A stretch of 64,000 nucleotides of DNA from an uncultured delta proteobacterium (GTDB taxonomy: Bacteria; Myxococcota; Kuafuiibacteriia; Kuafuiibacteriales; Kuafuiibacteriaceae): the NCBI GenBank assembly GCA_963803435.1, contig CAWDML010000001.1:1600001-1664000 (forward strand), written 5' to 3'. The notes under the pieces are model-generated. The model saw nothing but the letters and a program-made list of their open reading frames with translations. It made no database searches and had not been told where the DNA came from. Positions 1 to 8,570 of the stretch are shown here, one piece after another. A program made the position numbers and the translations under genes. How positions within the stretch are numbered: the first letter of the stretch is position 1; the number at the start of each line of letters is the position of its first letter.

Positions 1-943
1 CATCGCGGCCGTAGATGTGGATGGTCCCGTCCTCGCCTCCGCCGACGATCCAGCGCCCGTCCGGAGACACGGCGACGGCGGTGGGCCGCCGGCCCGGCGA
101 CGGCAGCCAGCCGAGCAGGGTCCCGTCGAGCCCCACCTCCTGGAGATCGTCCGAGGCGACCCAGATCCCGGCCGTGGAGACGGCGATGCTCTCCGGCTCC
201 CAGGCGAACGACCGCACCAGACGCGACACGCGCGTCGCCGGATCCCAGGCGAGGAGCTCCTGGGCCGTCGACAACAGGGTCCCGTCCGGAAGGAACACCA
301 GGCGATGGGGCGGATTCCGGTGGCCCACCCCACTGGTGTTGGGAATCGACAAGTACACGCTCCCCTGGTGAACGACCATCGCGTCGCTCTGATACAGCGG
401 CTCGCACGGCTCGCCCGACTCGGCCTCGAACATCACCAGCGCGTTGTCGAGGATCGCGACCACCACCCGCGTCCCATCCGGAGAGACCGCCACGGAGGTC
501 GGTCCCTCGGTCAAAGGCTCGACGCGGATCAGTGTCCCGTCGCGCAGATCCCAGAACGCGATCGTGTTGTCCTCGGCGACGGACACCAGCCGCCGGCCGC
601 CGGCTGCCACCGAACGCACGTAGTCGGTGTGGTGCTCGAGCACGTGCTCGCAGCTCCCGCCGAGGCTCCACACCCGCACCCCACCGTCGTCGCCGCCGGT
701 CGCGAAGCGTCCCCGATCGATCGCTGTCAAGCAGTTGACCGGCTGGCCACCGTGTCCGTCGAACGCCTGGATGATGCGTCCGTCGATCCCGATGTGCAGC
801 AGCTGGCCGTCCTCACCTGCGCTGACAAAGCTGTCGTCGTCGAGGAACACCACCTCGTGCACGAGCTTCTCGTGCGCGTGGATCCGATGGGCCGGCTCGG
901 GCGCGGACCGCTCCGTTCGGCGAAATCGCGGGTGTAGTCTCAA
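1..943 (-). CDS. WD40-repeat protein (3' end runs off window; start approximate)
   Basis: Manual minus-strand translation (not in ORF track): HEKLVHEVVFLDDDSFVSAGEDG, GHGGQPVNCL..RFATGGDDGGVRVWSL, HTDYVRSVA..LVSVAEDNTIAFWDL, AVAVSPDGRWIVGGGEDGTIHIY. TTG start at 943 or 985. Confidence 0.8.
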   Translation of the reverse strand, partial: MRLHPRFRRTERSAPEPAHRIHAHEKLVHEVVFLDDDSFVSAGEDGQLLHIGIDGRIIQAFDGHGGQPVNCLTAIDRGRFATGGDDGGVRVWSLGGSCEHVLEHHTDYVRSVAAGGRRLVSVAEDNTIAFWDLRDGTLIRVEPLTEGPTSVAVSPDGTRVVVAILDNALVMFEAESGEPCEPLYQSDAMVVHQGSVYLSIPNTSGVGHRNPPHRLVFLPDGTLLSTAQELLAWDPATRVSRLVRSFAWEPESIAVSTAGIWVASDDLQEVGLDGTLLGWLPSPGRRPTAVAVSPDGRWIVGGGEDGTIHIYGRD

Positions 944-1189
944 CTTGGGGCGCGAGACTCCAACGCGCTCGCCCGTGGAAGGCAAGCGGGAGCGGAGCCG
1001 CGCCCGGATGAATCATGGCCCGGGACGAGAACCAGATCGCGGGCCCGCGCATTGAGAGCGGTGGGCGCCCCGTTCGTCTATGGAAGAGCGGCGGCCGCCC
1101 GCCGGGGATGAAGGTCCTCGAGTCCCACGCGCGACCCAAGATGCCCGGGCGGATCCCCGTTTTGGTCGGAGCGGGCGGCGGTGTGATCT

Positions 1190-3592
1190 TTGCACGAGCA
1201 GCCGCTCGTGCGGTCCTTTGCTGTCTCCCTGGCACTCTTTGCGGCCTGCGCCGCCCCGGCGGACGAGCCCTCCGTCGCGCGGGTGCGCTTCAAGGCGCTC
1301 GAGGGCGGGCTGGAGTCAAAACCGGTGGTGGTGGTGCTCGAGCGCACCGGGAGCGCCGCCGGTGAGGTGACGGTTCGATTCACGACGCGAGACGGCAGCG
1401 CCCGGGCGGGCGAGGACTATTCGGCCGTCGACGGGACCGTGAGCTGGCCCGACGGCGAGCTCGGCGATCGGCGCATCGAGATCCCGGTGATCCAGGACGA
1501 CATCTACGAACCCGTCGAGACCTTCATGATCGATGTCTTCGATCCGAGCGGGGCCGAGCTCGATCCAGCGAGCGCGATCTCGATCGAGAAGCAGCTGCGG
1601 TCGGACGACCCCGATTCGCTCGGACGGACCAAGATGAGCGCGCTGCTCCGGATCCTCGACGACGACCCGGCGCCCGCTCCGAGCGTCGTCGAGATCTCGA
1701 GGACGGCGCTCGACACCAGCGACGGGTACGCGATGGGTGTGACCATCGCGCGGACGGGGAGCACCCGCGGAGAGGTGAGCGTGGACTATGAGACGCTCGA
1801 GGAGACCGCGGCCGCCGGCGTCGACTTCCTGGCGGCGCGGGGCACGCTTCGCTGGGGCGACGCGGAGGCGAGCGAGACGACGGTGCGTATCCCGCTGCTG
1901 CCGGAGGCGACCCCCGGAAGGACCTTCCAGCTGGTGCTGATGAACGGGGCCGGCGACGTGGTACTGGGTGAGTCGCGCACCACCATCACGATCCCGGACC
2001 TGTCCAGACAACCGATCGCGAGCGCCAGCGCCGACGTGCTCGCCGGCGAGGCGCCGCTCGAGGTTCGCTTCGACGGCAGCGGCTCGAGCGATCCGGACGG
2101 CGCGATCGTCGCGTACCAGTGGACCTTCGGGGACGGCGCGTCGGCCGAGGGTGCCGTCGCGACCCACGTGTTCGCGGAGGCCGGGATCTTCGCCGTGCTC
2201 CTGACCGTCACCGACGGGGACGGCCTCGCCTCGTCCGCGCCGCTGGAGATCGCGGTGACGGCGCCTTCGAACCTCCCTCCGATCGCCGATGCGGGTCCGC
2301 CCATCGCCGCGGTCGATGCCGACGGAGACGGCGTCGAGACCGTCGTGCTCGACGGATCGAGCTCGTACGATCCGGACGGAACGATCACCGCGTACGACTG
2401 GTATCTCGAGAGTGTTCTGCTCGCGAGCGAGGCGGCGCCGAGCGTCTCACTTCCGATCGGGCAGCACCTCGTCACGCTCCGGGTGACGGACGATCTCGGC
2501 GTCAGCGCGTCGGCGACCGTGATGGTGACCGTCGATCCGAGCACGCCGCCCCCGCACGCCGTCCTGCTGCGGATCAACGCAGGCGGCGCGGCGGTCACCG
2601 ACACGCTCGGCCGCGCCTGGGCCGCTGACCGAGCCTATGACGGCGCGACCTGGGGCTACGAGAACCCGCCGGCGGGCTCCTTCGGAGCCGTCGATCGGCG
2701 GGCGACCGATCCGGCCTTCGACGTCGGTGGCACCGCGGACGACGCGATCTTCACGACCGAGCGCTGGGGTCTCAGCGCCTACCGAGCGAACGTCCCCAAC
2801 GGCACCTACCGGGTGACGCTGAGGTTCGCGGAGACCTGGTCGGGCGTGACCGGGCCCGGGCAGCGCGTGTTCGGCGTCGCGATCGAGGGTATCGACATCG
2901 CGCCCGACCTCGACGTCTTCGCCGCGGTGGGCTTTGCCCAGGCCTACCAACTCGTCATCGACGGCGTCTCCGTCCAGGATCAGCGGCTCGACATCGATTT
3001 CACCCCCAACCTGCTTTCGACGATGATCGACGGCCTCGAGATCGCGGAGACGGCGATCGTCGAGCGGCGCATTTCGTCCGGGCTCGACGATGTCGAGGAG
3101 AACGCGAGCACCGGCGGGATCAACGCGACCAGCACCGACCTCGAGCTGGCCGTCGACAACACCACCACCCAGGTGGTCGGAATGCGATTCTCCGCGGTGG
3201 GCATCCCGAACGGCGCCGTCATCACCCGCGCGCACGTCCAGTTCCAGGTGGACGAGGTGAGCATCGGAGACGCGAACCTCGTCATCCAGGCTGAGCTCGC
3301 CGGCGACGCAGCCCCGTTCACCACCGCCACCGGGGACGTCTCCGGGCGCGCGCGCTCCGTGGCCTCGGTCGCTTGGACGCCACCGCCCTGGCCGACCGTC
3401 GACGACGCGGGGCCGGATCAGCGCACGCCGGATCTCACCGCTCTCCTCCAGGAGGTGGTGGATGAGCCGGGCTGGGCGAGCGGTCACGCGGTGGTGCTGA
3501 TCGTGAGCGGCACGGGCGCGCGGGTCGCCGAATCATTCGACGGCGTGGCGACGGCGGCACCGCTGCTCCATGTCGAGTATCTGGCGCCCTGA
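1190..3592 (+). CDS. Surface lipoprotein: 2x Calx-beta, 2x PKD, malectin domain, C-terminal beta-sandwich
   Basis: Lipobox LFAAC; Calx-beta motif TRDGSARAGEDYSAVDGTVSW; PKD motif FDGSGSSDPDGAIVAYQWTFGDG; malectin motifs RINAGG..WAADRAY and GTYRVTLRFAE..GQRVFGVAIEG. Confidence 0.85.
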   Translation: MHEQPLVRSFAVSLALFAACAAPADEPSVARVRFKALEGGLESKPVVVVLERTGSAAGEVTVRFTTRDGSARAGEDYSAVDGTVSWPDGELGDRRIEIPVIQDDIYEPVETFMIDVFDPSGAELDPASAISIEKQLRSDDPDSLGRTKMSALLRILDDDPAPAPSVVEISRTALDTSDGYAMGVTIARTGSTRGEVSVDYETLEETAAAGVDFLAARGTLRWGDAEASETTVRIPLLPEATPGRTFQLVLMNGAGDVVLGESRTTITIPDLSRQPIASASADVLAGEAPLEVRFDGSGSSDPDGAIVAYQWTFGDGASAEGAVATHVFAEAGIFAVLLTVTDGDGLASSAPLEIAVTAPSNLPPIADAGPPIAAVDADGDGVETVVLDGSSSYDPDGTITAYDWYLESVLLASEAAPSVSLPIGQHLVTLRVTDDLGVSASATVMVTVDPSTPPPHAVLLRINAGGAAVTDTLGRAWAADRAYDGATWGYENPPAGSFGAVDRRATDPAFDVGGTADDAIFTTERWGLSAYRANVPNGTYRVTLRFAETWSGVTGPGQRVFGVAIEGIDIAPDLDVFAAVGFAQAYQLVIDGVSVQDQRLDIDFTPNLLSTMIDGLEIAETAIVERRISSGLDDVEENASTGGINATSTDLELAVDNTTTQVVGMRFSAVGIPNGAVITRAHVQFQVDEVSIGDANLVIQAELAGDAAPFTTATGDVSGRARSVASVAWTPPPWPTVDDAGPDQRTPDLTALLQEVVDEPGWASGHAVVLIVSGTGARVAESFDGVATAAPLLHVEYLAP

Positions 3593-3872
3593 GAGCGACT
3601 CAAGCGCGACGCCGAATCACGTGAAAGCCGACGCGGTTTCATCGAGAAGACGATCGCCTCCAGATCCGTCTCATCCCCCCGCACGAAGGTTGAGCACTCC
3701 GGGTGGGCGTTCGATCCGAAACTGACGGCTGCGAGCTGCGAGCTGTCGACGCGGCACGGAATTCGAGTGAACTCGAGCGTTTGAAGCGCAGCCTCGCTAA
3801 GAGCCGGTCCAGAAACCGTTCCGTTCGCAGTTTGCTGTTTCGTCGTTCTGTCATTCGCTGTTCGATCCGGCG

Positions 3873-4253
3873 ATGAAGGGCGATGACATCGCAGAACGAC
3901 TGCTCAAGTTTGCGATGCGTGTACTTCGGCTTTGCCGCGAGTTCCCAAACGACTTTGCCGGCAAGCACGTTGTCCGACAGCTGATCCGGTGTTCATCCGG
4001 AGGTGGTGCGAATTACAAGGAAGCGCGTGGCGGCGAGAGCCTTGCCGACTTCATCCACAAGATGGCGGTCGCTCGCAAGGAGATCCGCGAGTCGCTGTAC
4101 TGGTTGCGTCTTGCCGATCCGGAGCTGATGCAGGGAGCGGAGATCGCTTCGCTGAACCGAGAGGCCAACGAACTCTCTGCGATTCTGAACGAGCTCCATC
4201 AAGACGGCGAAGGCTCGATCAGGGAAGTCATCGAGCCTGCTGGAACGCGATGA
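3873..4253 (+). CDS. Four helix bundle protein (TIGR02436 / 23S rRNA IVP-like); probable 1-bp insertion near the C-terminus
   Basis: ERLLKFAMRVLRLC..RQLIRCSSGGGANYKEA..ESLADFIHKMAVARKEIRESLYWLRL..EANELSAIL. The family-typical ending TSSIKTAKAR is in the +1 frame from 4189. Confidence 0.85.
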   Translation: MKGDDIAERLLKFAMRVLRLCREFPNDFAGKHVVRQLIRCSSGGGANYKEARGGESLADFIHKMAVARKEIRESLYWLRLADPELMQGAEIASLNREANELSAILNELHQDGEGSIREVIEPAGTR

Positions 4254-5020
4254 TCGCGCACGCAGGATGAACCAGCCCGAGATACCGCGATCCCGTTGGT
4301 TCCCACCGCACGAGTCATGCGCGGAACTGGTTGTGCCAAGCGTTCGTGCGCTCGACAACCCAGCGCCGCGGCCTACCGCGGACACAGCCAGCGAGTGCAG
4401 GCTCGCCGCGGCGGCGGATATGCGGTTTGATCCGGCGCGCTCGAATGGCGGCCTCGACATCCGCGTAGTCGTAGCCTTTATCCAGGCAGAGGTGCTCCGG
4501 CCGTCGTGGACCGCGGGAGCCCCGTAGGACGACGCGGTCGAGCGTCTGCTCCACCAGCCACTTGTCGTGCACGTTCGCGCCTGAGATCTCGACCGCCAAC
4601 GGAACACCACGACCATCCGTGAGCACGTGACGCTTCACGCCTCGCTTGGCTCGATCCGTCGGGTTCGGACCGGTCAGGTCCCCCTTTTGGAGCCTTGACG
4701 ATCGCGCTGTCGAGTGAAGTCCACTTCCACTGTATGCCGCGCCTCCTGTCGTAGTACCGCAGCAGCTCAGCGAAGATCGCGGTGAAGATCCCTGCTGCGC
4801 ACCATGCCGCGAATCGACTGTGGCACGTCGAACCGGAGCTGAACTCGCGCGGCAGGGCCTTCCACTGGCACCCCGTCCGAAGGCGATAGACGATACCTGC
4901 CATCACGACGCGATCCGCAACCCGCGGGCGACCTCCCCGCGGCCTTGGACCTCGCTTCGGGAGTAACGGCTCAATGCGTTTCCACAGGGCGTCCGGAAGA
5001 CTTGCGAATCTTGCCTGCAT
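4228..5020 (-). pseudogene. IS5-family transposase (split orfA/orfB) with an in-frame TGA at 4315-4317
   Basis: OrfA: LWKRIEPLLP..GRPRVADR..IVYRLRTGCQWKALP..STCHSRF..W..SLDS. A4G5 slippery run near 4680-4688. OrfB: GVKRHVLTDGRGVPLA..ANVHD..LDKGYD..RWVVERTNAW, continuing after the TGA as LVRWE..ACAIIAFQQAR. Confidence 0.9.
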
Positions 5021-5276
5021 CGACTCTGCAGAACACTCGATCGAGCACGATGCAACAACGGCCGCTTTGAATAGCGAATGAGCAGAACGAGCGAAACAGG
5101 AAACGCGGAGCGGTCCGGAGGTTTTCGGACCGGCTCTAAGCCTACATGGTGACGGCCGCGCTCGCGTGGAGCATCAAGTGGGCGATGGATACAGCCGCAC
5201 GAAGCTGAACGCCGTGCCCTCTTGCGAATGGACCGGCGCGGGGTAGAAACGCTCGCCTTGGCACGTAGCAATCCTC

Positions 5277-5804
5277 GTGGGCATCTTCGACTTCCTGCGC
5301 TCAAAGCCGGAACCACCGGTGCGGTCGTTCGCCGGGCTCTGCTACGACGTCGCGTTCTTCGTGCTCCCACCGATCGCGCACGCCGATCCGGCGCAGGTGC
5401 ACGAGCTGTGGACCCAGGCGCCCAACTTCGCCGGAGGCTTTCTCTTCTTCTCGGCCGGGCAACGCCACGGGATGAAGATGGGCGCGCTCGACGACGGCGG
5501 GCGGTTCAAGTCCCACCACGGTGAGCTCGACGCGACCCAAAGCTACTACGCGCTCGAGTTTCCTCCACCGCCGCCGTTCGATCCCGACGAGATGATCCTT
5601 GGCCCGTACTTCGCGGTGATGGTGATCGACAGGGTCAACCGCCAGTCGGAGTACTTCGTCCTCTGCCAGAGCGTCGAGGCCGGCACGACACTCCGCACCG
5701 TCCGCGGCAACGGGATGAACATCAACCTCGGCCCGGGCCCGACGCCCACGCTCGATCGCGTCCTCGACGCGGTCCGCGAGCGGCTCGCCGCCACGCTTGC
5801 CTAG
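5277..5804 (+). CDS. Hypothetical protein (175 aa)
   Basis: Protein-like ORF MGIFDFLRSKPEPP... with GC3-rich codons; no recognised motif. Confidence 0.65.
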   Translation: MGIFDFLRSKPEPPVRSFAGLCYDVAFFVLPPIAHADPAQVHELWTQAPNFAGGFLFFSAGQRHGMKMGALDDGGRFKSHHGELDATQSYYALEFPPPPPFDPDEMILGPYFAVMVIDRVNRQSEYFVLCQSVEAGTTLRTVRGNGMNINLGPGPTPTLDRVLDAVRERLAATLA

Positions 5805-5971
5805 AGTCCCGGGCATCGGAGCCGCGTTCGCCTTGTCGCCTGAAACTTCGGTTTCACCACGCGAGCGGGAGAGGACGTCCAAGCGGGTGCGAGCACCGTG
5901 GCAGAGCCAAGCAATCGATGACGGCGGGCACGCCCTAGACCGGGGATCACGTTCAATGTAGCGAGCGCGCT

Positions 5972-7879
5972 ATGCGTCTCGTTCTAGTGCTCTACATGAT
6001 GCTCGGCCTGGGCACGGCTCATGCCGAACCTTCGCTCGGGCCGCAGCGGAAGGCCGTGGAGCCGATGGGCCGATGGGGTTCAGCGCCGATCCGACAGTCA
6101 CGTTCGGCGGCGCGGCTTCTGATGAGCGCGGAGCAGAAACAGCTCATCTCCGTGAGCATCGACGACTCGGTGGTCGTAGTGGATCTTGCGACACTCAGCG
6201 TTCTCAATCGCTTCGAGGCGGGGCACGGCTTCACAGGGCTGCGAGACGCGGCGCTCGCGCCGACGGGCGAGCTCATCACAGTCGGCCAGGATGACCAGAT
6301 CCGCTCCTGGAGGTTGCCGAGCGGCGAGCTCGTGGGCGCAGCTGCGGCCGGACAGCGCGAGATCGAGTCGGTGAGCGTCTTTGTGCGTGGGAAGCTGCTC
6401 GCAAGTGCCGGGAGCGACGGTTCCATCAAGCTCTGGAGGCTCTCGGGCGGCCTCCCCAAGGACCCACGCGTCATCGCGAGCGGTGGTGCGCCGATCCGAT
6501 CGCTCGCGTTCTCGCCAGACGGTTCGAAGCTCGCATCTTCGGAGAACGGTCTGACGATCATCGACGTCGCTCGACCTGAAGAGCGGATCCAGTGCAAGGG
6601 CTCGCAGGGACGGATGACCCAGGCCGCGAGCATCGCCTTCTCGCCCGACGGCAAACAGGTCATATCCGGAGGCTGGGAGGATCATGCGCTCTACGTGTGG
6701 GACGCAGCGACGTGTCGCGAGCTCCATCGGTTCGACGAGCCACGCCCGGTCCTTTCGGTTCTCTACTTCGACGAGGGAAAGCGCGCGGCCTCGGTGACGA
6801 ACGGGGGCATTCAGCTATGGGACACGAAGGCGTGGCGACGGTCGGCGCTCATCGAGGTCGAGGGCCGTGCACCCGTGCGGCTCACCGTGAGCGCCGATGG
6901 GAAGAGGCTGTTCGCGAGTGACGAAGGCGGAACGCTCGACATTTTCGACGTCGCCAGCCGCAAGAGCCTCCTCGGAGCCGAGGGTCATCGTGGGGCCGTC
7001 ACCCAGAATCTCCTTCGCCGAACGAGCACCGCTCGCAGTCTCAGCGAGCGAGGACGGACGCGCGGTGATCTGGGACGTGAAATCGGGCCGGGCCCTGCGA
7101 GTGATTCAGGACGTCGTGGCCGCCGCCATCGCTCCGAGCGGCAAGAAGGTCATGACCGGCAGTAATCGCGGGATCTTGAAGCTCTGGACGATCGGGAAGG
7201 CGGAGCCGGACTGGGTCGACGACTCGATGGTCGGGAAGATCGGATGGCTCGCCTTCTCGCCCGACGGGGCTGCTTTTTGGGCGTGCGCCGATCCCGGCGA
7301 TCTCTCCCTCCGAACCGCGAACGGCCGCACCGCGCGATGGACCATGAACGACGGCTGCATGGATGACCGTTTCGGATGGCGGCCCGCTGTAACGCCGAGA
7401 GGAGTCGTACTGCCCCAGCATGATGGCGACTCGAACGGGTTGGCGGTCGTCGACCTCCGGACGGGCAGGCCGACGCGATTTTTCCAGGCAACGCCCGGCA
7501 CGGGTCCAATCACGACGGCCGCCGCGTCCGCCGACGCCAAGACCATCGTTGCCGGCACGTACTTTTTCCAGCGCGTGAGGGGCGAGCCCACCGGTGGGCA
7601 GATCGTGGTGTGGACGCGCGAGGGCCACCAGCGAGCCACGCTCGAGGGACACAAGGTCGAGGTGAGACAAGTGGCGGTCTCGCCCAGCGGAGAGATGGCA
7701 GTATCAGTGAGCCGCGACTCTCTCGTTCGGATCTGGGATCTGCGGAGGGGCCACGAGGCCGAGATGAGGTCGTCGATGTGAAGGAGCAAGCTGTGTCGGT
7801 GGCGTTCGTGCCGGACGGACGCTCATTCGTGGTGGGCCTGAGCTCGGGGGTGATCGAGCGCTTCCAACTCTCGAACTGA
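5972..7879 (+). CDS. Secreted WD40-repeat protein, split by two frameshifts (about 7003 and 7750)
   Basis: Signal peptide MRLVLVLYMMLGLGTAHA; WD repeats continue across ORFs 5972-7165, 6897-7781 and 7610-7879 (GHRGAVT|RISFAERAPLAVSASEDGRAVIWD; LEGHKVEVRQVAVSPSG..VRIWDL). Confidence 0.85.
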
Positions 7880-8070
7880 AGAGTCGGCCTTAGAACTGCT
7901 TGGGCAAGACAGCGAACTAGGGAGAAGGAATTCTCACCTGATAGCACGCGTCACTCCATCAACGACTCGCTGAGGTGCGATCCGTGGGCCGGTCACGCTG
8001 CCGCATTGCTCGGATGTTCCACGGCCTGAGAGCGCGGTCGCGATCCGCGCCGTGAGATCGGCCTGACTCC

Positions 8071-8220
8071 AGGATCGCCTGCAACGTCTTTTCGAACCAT
8101 CGCGCGCCTGGGGTTCTCTCCCCCGAAGGGGATCGAAGTCGCATCGTGGATTTGTCGCCCGATCTGGTGCGAGCACTCCTCGATCACCGCAACACCGGCC
8201 TCGTGTTCCCCACGCGGCAA
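8071..8220 (+). pseudogene. Possible tyrosine-integrase remnant
   Basis: Frame reads RIACNVFS..SPEGDRSRIVDLSPDLVRALLDHRNTGLVFPTR, resembling the PKxxxxRxVxL...L...LVFP segment of tyrosine recombinases; lies next to the tRNA 3' end. Confidence 0.35.
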
Positions 8221-8418
8221 CGGAACACGAAGGCGCGAGCACAAATGCGACGTACGCATCGCATCTGGTCATGGCAGGAGTGGCGTTGCCTGCGGTGCAA
8301 CAGCTCCTCGCTCGCAGGCAGTGCAAGCGCTGGATGTTGGGCAGCCATTGGGCAGAACGCGTTTTCTCGAGGAGGAAGAACGGCGAGAAAACGAGTCTTG
8401 AAGCAGAGCTAGAAAAAG

Positions 8419-8493
8419 TCGGGGCGGCGAGATTCGAACTCGCGACCTCTTGACCCCCAGTCAAGCGCGCTAACCAGGCTGCGCTACGCCCCG
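8419..8493 (-). tRNA. tRNA-Pro(GGG), CCA not encoded
   Basis: CGGGGCGTAGCGCAGCCTGGTTAGCGCGCTTGACTGGGGGTCAAGAGGTCGCGAGTTCGAATCTCGCCGCCCCGA; anticodon stem CTTGA/TCAAG with loop CTGGGGG; T-loop GTTCGAATC. Confidence 0.97.
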
Positions 8494-8570
8494 GTCGAGA
8501 GTTGGCGAGTGAAACGCACGCCGATCGGGCTGTCAAGCGAAGCCGAAAGTGTCAGGATGAATCCGTGTCG

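Larger units (their letters stand above)
3801..5136 (-). mobile_element. IS5-family insertion sequence carrying a passenger gene
   Basis: Left TIR GAGCCGGTCCAGAAACC at 3801; right end reverse-complement GAGCCGGTCCGAAAACC ending at 5136; imperfect inverted similarity extends about 65 bp; TAA direct repeats at 3798-3800 and 5137-5139. Confidence 0.85.

Noticed and set aside
3873-4253. Four-helix gene as DGR Avd or a 23S rRNA intervening sequence
   Set aside because: No reverse transcriptase, TR/VR pair or rRNA sequence in the window.
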